Part shown: positions 28,225 to 37,312 of the stretch, piece by piece
How positions within the stretch are numbered: the stretch's first letter is position 1
How the letters are laid out: each line of letters begins with the position of its first letter
Assembly (NCBI GenBank): GCA_030550295.1
Contig: JAUQPQ010000001.1
Coordinates: 2,162 to 66,161, forward strand
Length of the DNA stretch: 64,000 nucleotides
Origin: Chloroflexota bacterium
Lineage (GTDB): Bacteria; Chloroflexota; Dehalococcoidia; SM23-28-2; HRBIN24
Reading direction: 5' to 3'
The notes under the pieces: generated by a model
What the model was told of the DNA's origin: nothing
The model's database searches: none
The model's input: the letters and a program-made list of their open reading frames with translations, nothing else
Program-made: the position numbers and the translations under genes

Positions 28225-29112
28225 ATGCCAAGCAGATTGCAATCGATCCTCGCCTTTTTTGTTGGGCCGTTAGTGATACTATGTATCACTAGCGGCTGTG
28301 TGCAGAAAACGGATGACGGGTTGAGGGTGGTAGCCACCACCCCCATTTTGGCCGATTTGGCGGCGCAGGTAGCGGGGCCCCAGGTTAAGGTGAAAAGCCT
28401 CATCCCTGCAGGGGCCGACCCTCACACCTTTGAGGTGGCGCCTTCCGTGGCGCGGGTAGTGGCCGAGGCCGACCTGATCGTGGCCAACGGCTTAGGGCTG
28501 GAGGGCTCCTTCTTGGGCGTGATAGAGGCTAACAAGAGCGCCCAGGCGGTGCTAGTGATATTGGGGCAAGAGGTGGCCCCAGGCGGTGAGAACGTCGACC
28601 CCCATCTATGGCTCGATCCTAGGCTGGCTGCCGAATATGTTAAGCGTATAGCCGAGGCGATGTCCCTGGTTGACCCATCACGGGCAGATGAATATCGTCA
28701 GAGGGCCGCCATCTATATAGAGGAGCTGAGACAGCTACACGATAGGGTTCGCCAGCAGATAGCTGGCATTCCTGTGGAGAGGCGTAAGCTGGTAGCTACT
28801 CACAGGGCCTTCTCCTGGATGGCCCATGCTTACGGAATAGAAGAGGTGGGATACCTGGTTACCGCCCCAGAAGAAGAGCCTACCCCTGCCTGGCTAGCCG
28901 AGTTACGCCACCGCATCCTTTCGCAGAAGGTGCCCGCGGTATTCATTGAGCCCTATCTGGAAGCGGAGGATCAGGCCCTCTCTCAGCTGGCTGAAGAGGT
29001 GGGTATAAAGGTATGCGTATTGTACGTTGATACTCTGGACGATAAGGTATCGTCATATCTCAAACTTATGGAGTACAACGCCCAAGAACTGGTGGGGTGT
29101 CTAGGGGGATAG
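28225..29112 (+). CDS. znuA: metal (Zn/Mn) ABC transporter substrate-binding lipoprotein (ZnuA/TroA family)
   Basis: A lipobox LCITSGC is present, along with the TroA-like fold and metal-ligand residues DPHTFE and DPHLWLD. Confidence 0.8.
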   Translation: MPSRLQSILAFFVGPLVILCITSGCVQKTDDGLRVVATTPILADLAAQVAGPQVKVKSLIPAGADPHTFEVAPSVARVVAEADLIVANGLGLEGSFLGVIEANKSAQAVLVILGQEVAPGGENVDPHLWLDPRLAAEYVKRIAEAMSLVDPSRADEYRQRAAIYIEELRQLHDRVRQQIAGIPVERRKLVATHRAFSWMAHAYGIEEVGYLVTAPEEEPTPAWLAELRHRILSQKVPAVFIEPYLEAEDQALSQLAEEVGIKVCVLYVDTLDDKVSSYLKLMEYNAQELVGCLGG

Positions 29113-29113
29113 G

Positions 29114-29863
29114 ATGGGGCCATCGGCATTAGAGGTGGAAGAGCTTTGGGCAGGGTATAACGGGCATGTGGCCCTGGAAGCCGTCTCCTTCAGCATAGAG
29201 CAGGGATGTCTAGCAGGGCTTGTGGGGCCTAACGGCTCAGGGAAGTCAACTTTGCTTCGCACCATCATAGGGCTAAAAAGGCCTTGGCGAGGCCGCATAA
29301 CCGTTTTTGGTCAGCCACCTCGCAAGTCCCTTTTGGGATATATGCCTCAGGTAGAGGTGCCAGATTGGAGCCTGCCCATCACCGTCTTAGACGTCGTCCT
29401 CATGGGGCGGTATGGGAAGCTAGGAGTTTTACGTCGTCCTGGGAAGGCTGACCGCATTAAGGCTATGGAGGCCCTAGCCAGGGTAGGTATGGCTGACAAG
29501 GCGGGACGGCGCATTCAGGAGCTCTCTGGTGGAGAGCAGAGGCGTACCTTGTTGGCAAGGGCCCTGGCCCAGGAGGCCCCCCTCCTCCTCTTGGACGAGC
29601 CCTTCGCAGGGCTGGATGCGCCCACCCAGCACGAGCTCCTGCACCTTTTCCAGGGGCTACGGCGTGAGGGATGCACCCTCTTAGTTGCAACTCACGATCT
29701 GTCTTGTGTGGCCACCCACTTTGACCATGCAGTGTTTCTCAACCGGCGGGTGGTGGCCTTTGGCCCCCTACATGAGGTGCTTACAGAAGAGGTGCTGCGT
29801 CAGACCTTTCAGCGGCATCTGCTGTTGGTGCGGGAAGGGGAAATATATGCCGAGCATGATTGA
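29114..29863 (+). CDS. znuC: metal ABC transporter ATP-binding protein
   Basis: Walker A is GPNGSGKST, the signature LSGGEQRR, and Walker B LLLLDEP. Confidence 0.85.
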   Translation: MGPSALEVEELWAGYNGHVALEAVSFSIEQGCLAGLVGPNGSGKSTLLRTIIGLKRPWRGRITVFGQPPRKSLLGYMPQVEVPDWSLPITVLDVVLMGRYGKLGVLRRPGKADRIKAMEALARVGMADKAGRRIQELSGGEQRRTLLARALAQEAPLLLLDEPFAGLDAPTQHELLHLFQGLRREGCTLLVATHDLSCVATHFDHAVFLNRRVVAFGPLHEVLTEEVLRQTFQRHLLLVREGEIYAEHD

Positions 29864-30689
29864 TGCGCTAATAGAGCCGTGGCGCCTTGAGTTCATGCAG
29901 CGGGCCCTTTTAGCGACGACCTTGGCCAGCATTACTGCTGCCCTGGTGGGCTGCTATGTGGTCCTCAGGGGGGTGGCCTTTTTAGGCGATGCCCTTCCTC
30001 ATGCCACCTTTGGTGGGGTGGCGGTGGCCTTCCTCTTGGGGGGCAACGTCTACCTGGGGGCGGCTGTGGCAGCTGTGCTTTCTGCCCTTATCATGTCCCT
30101 CCTTAGTAGGCGAGGCCTCCTTAAGCACGACACGGCGGTGGGGATGGTGTTCATCGTCGCCTTCGCCTTGGGGATGCTTTTGGCCAGCCTCCGTCCCAAC
30201 TATACCTATAACTTGGCCAACTTCATCTTTGGCAGCCCGTTGGCGGTGAGATGGGACGATATCTGGGTGATGGCGGGCATAGGGGGAGCTCTGGTGGCCC
30301 TCCTCCTTCTTTTCTGGAAGGAGATATTGGTAACAGTGTACGATCCTCCTATGGCTACCGCCTTGGGTGTTCCTGCGGCATGGGTGGAGCTGGGGCTCAT
30401 GGTAGGGGTTGCTCTGGCGGCGGTGGTGGGCCTTAAAGCGGTGGGGATAGTCTTGGTGATGGCCCTTTTGGTGCTCCCACCAGCTACGGCCCAACTGGTG
30501 GCCCCTAACCTTCCCGTCATGATGGCTATGGCGGTGGCCTTGGGAGCCCTGGCTTCAGTGTTGGGCCTGTATGTGGCTTATTACGGTGACGTATCCCCTA
30601 GCGCCTGTATAGTTCTAAGCGCAGCGGGCTTCTTCCTATTGGCCCTTGTCTGGCGCCACTTAAGGGGGAGGAGGGCTAGGAGCCCATGA
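29847..30689 (+). CDS. znuB: metal ABC transporter permease
   Basis: The 280-aa hydrophobic protein has the ABC-3 family pattern and overlaps the znuC stop. Confidence 0.8.
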   Translation: MPSMIDALIEPWRLEFMQRALLATTLASITAALVGCYVVLRGVAFLGDALPHATFGGVAVAFLLGGNVYLGAAVAAVLSALIMSLLSRRGLLKHDTAVGMVFIVAFALGMLLASLRPNYTYNLANFIFGSPLAVRWDDIWVMAGIGGALVALLLLFWKEILVTVYDPPMATALGVPAAWVELGLMVGVALAAVVGLKAVGIVLVMALLVLPPATAQLVAPNLPVMMAMAVALGALASVLGLYVAYYGDVSPSACIVLSAAGFFLLALVWRHLRGRRARSP

Positions 30690-32217
30690 ACTGGGTTATG
30701 GGCTGCACCTCTAGGGCCTCTACAGCTATCTCCGGGGCGTAGACGATCTCATCGGCTGCCCACACGAGGGTGGGGCGTGCCTCCCTTCCCACGCCTATTA
30801 TTCCCCGAAGGACGTTGTGGATATTGTCGTTTATCCGCAGGGTGTTGGGGCGGATAGGTTCGGCCAGCCGTCCGTCCCTGATGACGAAGGAGTCGCCCAC
30901 GATGGTGGCAGTGAAGTCGCCAGCCCTGAGGCCGTTGACAGGATACGTGTACCAGATGCGCCCTATGTAGAGGCCATCGCCTACGAGGCGCAGGAGCTGG
31001 GAGTGGTCCTCCTCCCCCGGAACGATGACGTTGGTAGCATGGATCCCTGGCTGCATATCGTAGTGTCTGCCACCGCCACGGGCGAAGCGAAATCCGTTAC
31101 GGGGGACGAGGGCGTGTCGCCACTGCTGGGGGTCCACCCCTAACTTCTCTTTTGCTCTAGGGTCTTTAGTGATGCGCTGGGACTCATACCAGTCGCAAAG
31201 GAGGCCTACCAGTACGCCGTTGCGTATAAGCTCGGTGCGGCCGGTAGGGAGGCCTTCACAGGTTATGCCCTTGGAGCCGGCGAGCCCCTCGGCCGCTCCG
31301 TCGTCGATGATGTTTAGCTTGGGGGAGGCGATCTCCTTCCCCAGCTGTCCCAAGAAGGGGGAAGCGGCGGCATACCAGGTACCCAAGGAGAGGCCGGGCA
31401 GTATGAGGTTTTCCAGGAGGTCCATAAAGGCTTGGCGCCCTAACACCACCCGGTAGCGGCCGGCTGGCACACGTACTCCCCCCACGGTGCGAACGGCCAT
31501 CTCCGCTGCCTCTCGCCCCGCTTCGCCGTGGAATCGTTCCCAGTGGGTCACCGCACCGTATCCGGAGCCTTTGCTTGCCTCCCCCTCCACCATAGCTGTC
31601 ACGAAGGAGAGGATGAGGGTGGACTCGTCTGTCTGGACGTGGGGCATGGCACTAGACACAATGGCCATCCTCTCCTGGAGGACGGTGACGTCCCCTCCCA
31701 AGATGAGGGCCAGCTCTTGCGGATCCCTATCCAGCAGCAGTTCAGCGCTCTGAAAGGCCTTCAGGCCCTGACGTATAATCTGCCACCCAAGGTCTACAAG
31801 CTCTTGGTCCTTTAGCTCCATTATGCGCGGGTCGTGGTAGGCGTGGAGGCGGCGCATCTCACCTGTAGGCCGGGGAAGGCTAACGAACTCGGGGTCGGCC
31901 ACAGCACCCCTCCGCGCCTTCTCCAGGGCCAACTGCACCCCGTCTAGGGAGATATCGTTAGGCTCAGAGCCGAAACCTACCAGGACGCCTTCCCCCTCAG
32001 GAGCCTGAAGCACCACCCTTATGCCGATCCCGTAGTTGGCCACCGATTTGGGCTCTTCTACGCCGTTACAGGGGAGGTGAGAGGTGTAATTGAGGCGGCA
32101 GTGGAGGATGCCATTACAGGAGACGAAGATTTCTGCCTCCCTCACGTCCTTTTGGGCCATGAGGAACTGGAGCGCCTCTTGGGCGGCCCTCTGGAGCTCG
32201 CTTAAGGGCAGAAGCAT
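30676..32217 (-). CDS. pmbA: TldD/PmbA family metalloprotease (PmbA/TldE-like partner)
   Basis: The 513-aa protein has the PmbA_TldD fold. It lacks the HExxxH motif that the paralog upstream carries. Confidence 0.7.
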   Translation of the reverse strand: MLLPLSELQRAAQEALQFLMAQKDVREAEIFVSCNGILHCRLNYTSHLPCNGVEEPKSVANYGIGIRVVLQAPEGEGVLVGFGSEPNDISLDGVQLALEKARRGAVADPEFVSLPRPTGEMRRLHAYHDPRIMELKDQELVDLGWQIIRQGLKAFQSAELLLDRDPQELALILGGDVTVLQERMAIVSSAMPHVQTDESTLILSFVTAMVEGEASKGSGYGAVTHWERFHGEAGREAAEMAVRTVGGVRVPAGRYRVVLGRQAFMDLLENLILPGLSLGTWYAAASPFLGQLGKEIASPKLNIIDDGAAEGLAGSKGITCEGLPTGRTELIRNGVLVGLLCDWYESQRITKDPRAKEKLGVDPQQWRHALVPRNGFRFARGGGRHYDMQPGIHATNVIVPGEEDHSQLLRLVGDGLYIGRIWYTYPVNGLRAGDFTATIVGDSFVIRDGRLAEPIRPNTLRINDNIHNVLRGIIGVGREARPTLVWAADEIVYAPEIAVEALEVQPITQFMGS

Positions 32218-32221
32218 GGCC

Positions 32222-32752
32222 CTATGACCCTACTACCCTTCTTAGCGCATTTAAGGCCGCTTCGTAATTAGGCTCCTGGGTCACCTCGGGCACCACCTCT
32301 TTGTAGCGGATGATGCCGTCGCCATCGATGATCCAAACGGAGCGGGCCAAGAGCTGCAATTCCTTGATCAAGACGCCGAATTTGAGGCCAAAGTCGTGCT
32401 CTCGGTAGTCGCTCCACAGTTGAATGCGGTCTGCCCCGGTGGCGCCGCACCAGCGTCTAAGGGCGAAGGGTAGGTCTACGGTGACGTTGGCCATCACTAC
32501 GTCGGAAGATACCTGGGAGGCTAGCTCGTTAAAGCGCTTGCCCTGGATATCGCACACAGGGGTATCTAGGGAGAGGGAGACGCTGAGGAGGACTGGTCTA
32601 CCGGCGAACTGGCTTAGGCGCACTGGCTGGAGATCGGTGTTCACTACCTGGAAGTCTGGGGCACGGTCACCTTCCTGGAGATCGGGCCCTACAAGGGTAA
32701 GGGGGCTACCGCGGAAGGTGACAGCCCCGGGTCGCTCTATCTGTTGGGTCAT
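32222..32752 (-). CDS. tpx: thiol peroxidase (atypical 2-Cys peroxiredoxin, Tpx)
   Basis: Motifs are present including the peroxidatic Cys in SLDTPVCDIQ and the resolving Cys region ALRRWCGA. Confidence 0.8.
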   Translation of the reverse strand: MTQQIERPGAVTFRGSPLTLVGPDLQEGDRAPDFQVVNTDLQPVRLSQFAGRPVLLSVSLSLDTPVCDIQGKRFNELASQVSSDVVMANVTVDLPFALRRWCGATGADRIQLWSDYREHDFGLKFGVLIKELQLLARSVWIIDGDGIIRYKEVVPEVTQEPNYEAALNALRRVVGS

Positions 32753-32776
32753 GGCCTGCCCTCCTTTCTTTTACCC

Positions 32777-34345
32777 CTACGTCCTGCCGCTAAGGCGGGC
32801 CCTGCTGCGCATAGTGGGCCCGCCGTTGCTCATGCGCTTCGTCTGCATAGGCTGGCCCTTGCCGCAGTTGGGTATGGCGAAGAGACGGAGATCGTTGCCT
32901 ACTGCGTCTACGTTCATGAAGAAGTCCCGAGTATCAGCTATTAGGCCTCCGTCTCTGTATAGCTGGCCTAGCCGGCCACCCCTTATCTCGTACACCTTCA
33001 TGGCGGTGATGCGGAAGTTCTCCCGCGATTCGGCTACAGAGGGGATCCGATGCCCCACCACGTAGTATCCCCTTTCTACTTCACGAATGATCTCCTCTGG
33101 GTCACGGTCGCCAGGGGCGAAGGCGGTGTTGGACATGCGGATAAGGGGCACGAGGTAGGCCTCTGTGGCCTTGTAATGGCCGTTGGAGGTGGTGCCCAAG
33201 ATGGCTGCTGTCTGGCGAGAGCTGAGGAACTCTTCATAGATGCCGTTGCGGATGTGGTAGGCCCGGCGGGCCGGGGTGCCTTCGTCGTCGTAAAGGTAGT
33301 GGCCGAAGCCTTCTATGGTGGGGTCTGAGAAGGCCGAGACTAGGGGAGATGCCACTTGGCGGCCCACCTGGTTATCTCTTAGGTCCTTTAGGAACCACGA
33401 GCGGCCAGCGTAGGCCGTCTCCATCTTTAGGGCCCGGTCCAACTCCGATGGATGCCCCACCACTTCGTGGCAGACGAGGGCGTTGTAGTGGGGGTCGGTC
33501 ACTACTACCACTTCTTGGTCGGTAGCGGGGCAAGGAGGGGAGTGGGCCAACTCTATGGCGTCCTTGGCAAGGGCCAATGAGAAGTCCAGCAAGCTCGGAT
33601 AGCGGATGAAGGCTTCATCTACTCCCTGGGTTATCACCTCCCATCCCCGCTGATGGCCACTGAAGTCGTAAAGCTCCTGGAAGGCGTCAGGGCCCTGGAC
33701 CACGACAAAGCATGTGCCTTGCGTGATAGCCCAAGTCTGATCGATGTTAGCTCCCTCGGAGCTAACGAAGAGGAGGCGCTCCAGGTGGGTCTCCGCGCCT
33801 ATGTAGTTGTAGATCACCTCCCGGCTGAGGGCCTGGACCTGCCGGGAGACATGGCGAGTATACTGGGCTACCTCCTTTAGTGGTACCTCCCTGGGGTCTA
33901 TCTGGTATTGGGCGGGGATGGTGTCTTGGCGTATTTCTATGGGGGCAAGGGATAGGTCGTATAATGTGCTGGCTAGCCTTGGGAACTCTTCGCGGGCAGC
34001 GCTTTTGTGCCGGGCACTCCATAAGGCGCGGTCATAGGCGTGCTCTAGGGCCTCTTCCAACCTCTTCAAGAGCTCTCCTGCATCTGCTGCTCCTAACAGC
34101 TGGCCGAAGTAACCAGTGGCAGTGAGCTTTTCCCCAGCTATTGCCCTCACCCCGAAGGAGAAACTGTAATCCTCAGTGCTGAACTTGTCCATTCCGTTTT
34201 CCGCTACTGCCCCTTTCCCTTGGGCTATGGCTATGCGCACGTCGACGTAGCGGCAATGGGCCTTTCGCGAGGGGTATGACATGGCTAGGTGGGCTACATC
34301 CTCACGCACCTGATCCAGGAAGGAGAGTTCCAGCTGGTTGGCCAT
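32777..34345 (-). CDS. tldD: TldD family metalloprotease
   Basis: The 522-aa protein has the HEVVGHPSE (HExxxH) motif and the C-terminal GxC motif region typical of TldD. Confidence 0.8.
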   Translation of the reverse strand: MANQLELSFLDQVREDVAHLAMSYPSRKAHCRYVDVRIAIAQGKGAVAENGMDKFSTEDYSFSFGVRAIAGEKLTATGYFGQLLGAADAGELLKRLEEALEHAYDRALWSARHKSAAREEFPRLASTLYDLSLAPIEIRQDTIPAQYQIDPREVPLKEVAQYTRHVSRQVQALSREVIYNYIGAETHLERLLFVSSEGANIDQTWAITQGTCFVVVQGPDAFQELYDFSGHQRGWEVITQGVDEAFIRYPSLLDFSLALAKDAIELAHSPPCPATDQEVVVVTDPHYNALVCHEVVGHPSELDRALKMETAYAGRSWFLKDLRDNQVGRQVASPLVSAFSDPTIEGFGHYLYDDEGTPARRAYHIRNGIYEEFLSSRQTAAILGTTSNGHYKATEAYLVPLIRMSNTAFAPGDRDPEEIIREVERGYYVVGHRIPSVAESRENFRITAMKVYEIRGGRLGQLYRDGGLIADTRDFFMNVDAVGNDLRLFAIPNCGKGQPMQTKRMSNGGPTMRSRARLSGRT

Positions 34346-34414
34346 GCCCTCTATCCCTTAGGCTCATTTTAGGCTGCAGGGAGGTGGGCGTCTACAAGGC
34401 CTTGCGCCTTTATT

Positions 34415-35782
34415 GTGTTACTCTTGAGCCTGATGCAGAGGGAAACGGGCAGCCCAAGTAGGCTTTTAGCCCATGTGAATATAGTGTTCTTCTCTCAGGT
34501 AGCGAGTTATGGCCTCGCCTTTGCCTTAAGGGCCATGTTAGCCCAAGGGTTGGGGGAGGAAGGGCTGGGCACTTACTCCTTGTTCTACGTCTCGGTGCTG
34601 GTGGCGGGAGGCATTCTCAGCCTCGGTGTGGGATGGGCCAACGTCTATTACCTTAACAAGGGGCCCTATCAGCCGAGCACGTTGTTCTTTTCTAGCGCTT
34701 TGGTGTGGGCCCTAGGAGTGGGATTGGTCGTTGTTGGGGCGCTGACCCATTACTGGCTTAGAGGGGCAGGGGCTTTCGTGGGGGGCAAGGCGTACTGGCT
34801 GTACGTGCCCGCCGTGCCTACGGTGGTGGCCTATCTTTTCCTTACGTCCTTTCTGCAGGGCCAAAGAAGGTTTGGTGCCCTGGCTGGGGTGGCCGTCTCT
34901 CAGGGGCTGGCGGCTGTAACAGCAAGTGCCGCCCTTTGGGCGATAGACGAGTTGACGGTGGGCCGCATCCTAGGGGCCTGGATCGCTTCCTTCGCCATGG
35001 CCGACGTGGTCACCCTCTTCCTTTTGGCGCCCCATCGCTGGCGATGGGAGGGGGTGGTGGGAGCTTTGCTTTTCGCCCTCAAAGACCAGATCCGTTACGG
35101 AGTACAGAGCCAGCTGGGGAACCTGGCTCAGTTCTTGAACTACCGCCTTGATCACTACTTGGTGGCAGCCTTTGTTAGCAAGGGCGCTGTGGGCCAATAT
35201 ACGGTAGCGGTAGGGCTCAGCGAGAGCTTATGGTGGATATCGTCGGCCGTGGTGGTGGTGCTGTCGCCTCGACTTAGCGGCATGAAGAGGGAGGAAGCGG
35301 GGGAATTGGCTTTGGCTGCTGGGCGCAACGTCCTGATGGTTATGGGTGTAGCTGCCTTAGGGTTGGCCTTTCTCTCCCCTTGGGCTATTAGGTTACTTTT
35401 TGGCCGGGAATTTTTGAATGCCCATAGGCCCCTCATCATCCTGCTGCCTGGGGGCGTGGCGGCTGGGGTCTCTATGGTTTTGGGGAGTTACCTATTCAGC
35501 CAGGGTAGGGCCATCCTCAATACTGTCTCCATATGTATCGCCCTGGTGGCTACAATAATCTTAGACTTGCTTCTCATCCCTTGGCTTGAAGTGGAGGGGG
35601 CAGCTTTGTCCTCTACGTTGGCGTATGTGTTGGGCCTAATGTGCAACATCGTCTGGTACAGGGTGGTCTCAGGAAGGCCAGGATGGCACATCCTAGCTGT
35701 AGGGCGTCGCGATCTTCGCCTCTACCGCGACCTGTGGCGGGCCATCTGGGGCCGTTTCTTAGCTCAGCCCCAGGAGGAGTGA
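34415..35782 (+). CDS. MOP-superfamily oligosaccharide/polysaccharide flippase (Wzx/MurJ-like)
   Basis: The 455-aa protein is predicted to have about 12-14 TM helices and shows the polysaccharide biosynthesis protein pattern. Confidence 0.6.
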   Translation: MLLLSLMQRETGSPSRLLAHVNIVFFSQVASYGLAFALRAMLAQGLGEEGLGTYSLFYVSVLVAGGILSLGVGWANVYYLNKGPYQPSTLFFSSALVWALGVGLVVVGALTHYWLRGAGAFVGGKAYWLYVPAVPTVVAYLFLTSFLQGQRRFGALAGVAVSQGLAAVTASAALWAIDELTVGRILGAWIASFAMADVVTLFLLAPHRWRWEGVVGALLFALKDQIRYGVQSQLGNLAQFLNYRLDHYLVAAFVSKGAVGQYTVAVGLSESLWWISSAVVVVLSPRLSGMKREEAGELALAAGRNVLMVMGVAALGLAFLSPWAIRLLFGREFLNAHRPLIILLPGGVAAGVSMVLGSYLFSQGRAILNTVSICIALVATIILDLLLIPWLEVEGAALSSTLAYVLGLMCNIVWYRVVSGRPGWHILAVGRRDLRLYRDLWRAIWGRFLAQPQEE

Positions 35783-35783
35783 A

Positions 35784-36692
35784 ATGGACTTAGAGCGCTT
35801 CCAGGGATGTCTGGTAGGGCTGGCAGTAGGTGATTCTCTAGGCATGCCAGCTGAAGGGCTGAGCCAAGAGGAGGTAGCGCGCCTTTTTGGCCGCATCGTC
35901 GACCTGAAGGACGGTTGGCTCCCCGCTGGCTACACTACCGATGACACTGCCCAGGCCCTTATCTTGGCTGAAAGCTTGGTGGGGAGAGGCTACCTAGACG
36001 CCGACGATGTGGCCCGACGGCTGTTGGAGTGGTATAGTAGCTGCCCCCCCGACATAGGAACCCATACTCGGCGCGTCTTGTCCCTCATGGAGGCGGGAAT
36101 GTCGTGGCAGGAGGCTACAGCAGAAGTGGAGCGTCGTTATCAACCCCTCACGGCGGGCAATGGGTCTCTGATGAGGTGTGCGCCTGTGGCTATGCGATAC
36201 GCTAATGACCTGGCGCAACTCCTGGAGGCTAGTCATCTCTCTTCCCAGATCACCCATCCTCATCCTCTGGCCTGCTACTCCTGTGCCTTCTTCAATTGCG
36301 TGTTGTCGCGCGTCCTTCGCGGCTACGACAAGTTCTCCGCCTTTTCCTTCGCCATGGAGGTGATGGCCCATGCCCCTTATGAGCTACTGGAGCGGGTAGA
36401 GGGGGTCCCTTCCAAGTCAAGGGAAGAGCTCTCGCCCACAGGCTTCGTCCTAGACACCTTGGAGTGCGCCCTTTGGGCCTGGTGGAATTTTAACGACTGG
36501 GCAGAGGCCATTATCGCCTTGGTCAATATGGGAGGGGACACCGATACTAACGCGGCAGTGGCAGGCGCCCTTTTAGGCGCCCAGTATGGCCTAGGCTCTA
36601 TCCCCGAAAAGTGGCGTTTCCAGGTGAAGGAGGTGCCCCGCTGTTTGGAGCTGGCAGAGAGGCTTTTGGCTTTGGCCAGAGGGGACAGTTAG
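35784..36692 (+). CDS. ADP-ribosylglycohydrolase family protein
   Basis: ARH motifs are present: GCLVGLAVGDSLG, TDDT, and the C-terminal GGDTDTNAAVAGALLGA. Confidence 0.8.
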   Translation: MDLERFQGCLVGLAVGDSLGMPAEGLSQEEVARLFGRIVDLKDGWLPAGYTTDDTAQALILAESLVGRGYLDADDVARRLLEWYSSCPPDIGTHTRRVLSLMEAGMSWQEATAEVERRYQPLTAGNGSLMRCAPVAMRYANDLAQLLEASHLSSQITHPHPLACYSCAFFNCVLSRVLRGYDKFSAFSFAMEVMAHAPYELLERVEGVPSKSREELSPTGFVLDTLECALWAWWNFNDWAEAIIALVNMGGDTDTNAAVAGALLGAQYGLGSIPEKWRFQVKEVPRCLELAERLLALARGDS

Positions 36693-37312
36693 ACTTGTAT
36701 CCCTAGCCCTTTGAGGGCCAAGACGGTGGTGGTCAGGTCGCCACGGTGGAGGATGGCGTGGAAGCCTGCCTCCCTGGCCCCTTGCACGTTCTGGATAAGG
36801 TCATCTATGTGGACGCACGCTTGTGGAGGAAGGCCTACCCGCTGGCAAGCGGTGAGGAAGATGCGCGGATCCGGCTTGGCTATCCCTACCCGGGAGGAGT
36901 TGATCACCAGATGGAATAGGCCGTCGATACCGTTGGCCGTAAGGATATCCCTTTCCAGCCGGGGAGTAGAGTTGGAGATGATGCCCACTAGGTATCGTTC
37001 CCGTAGCAGTTGCACCAGCGCTAGCACGTCCTCATCCAGTTGGCGCCATACCACTTGCCATTCCTGCTGGATCTGCGGGATGGGACGGCCAGCCATCTTC
37101 TCCAGGGCGCTAAGGACGGCCTTTATCCATTCCTCCTCAGGCAAGCGACCAGTTTCTGCCTCCCGCCATTCGGGTATGCCGTAGAGGGCCTCTAGGAGGC
37201 CCCCCCTGGGCAGCCCATATCGTTCCTCCAAGGCCCGCGTTTGCTCTCGGTCTAGACGGGCGATGACGCCACCGAAGTCGAAGAAGATAGCCTTGATCTC
37301 GTCCATGGTCAT
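36689..37312 (-). CDS. HAD-superfamily hydrolase (subfamily IA)
   Basis: Motif I is FFDFGGV. The SNS/T motif and DD motif (HIDD) are present. Confidence 0.75.
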   Translation of the reverse strand: MTMDEIKAIFFDFGGVIARLDREQTRALEERYGLPRGGLLEALYGIPEWREAETGRLPEEEWIKAVLSALEKMAGRPIPQIQQEWQVVWRQLDEDVLALVQLLRERYLVGIISNSTPRLERDILTANGIDGLFHLVINSSRVGIAKPDPRIFLTACQRVGLPPQACVHIDDLIQNVQGAREAGFHAILHRGDLTTTVLALKGLGIQV

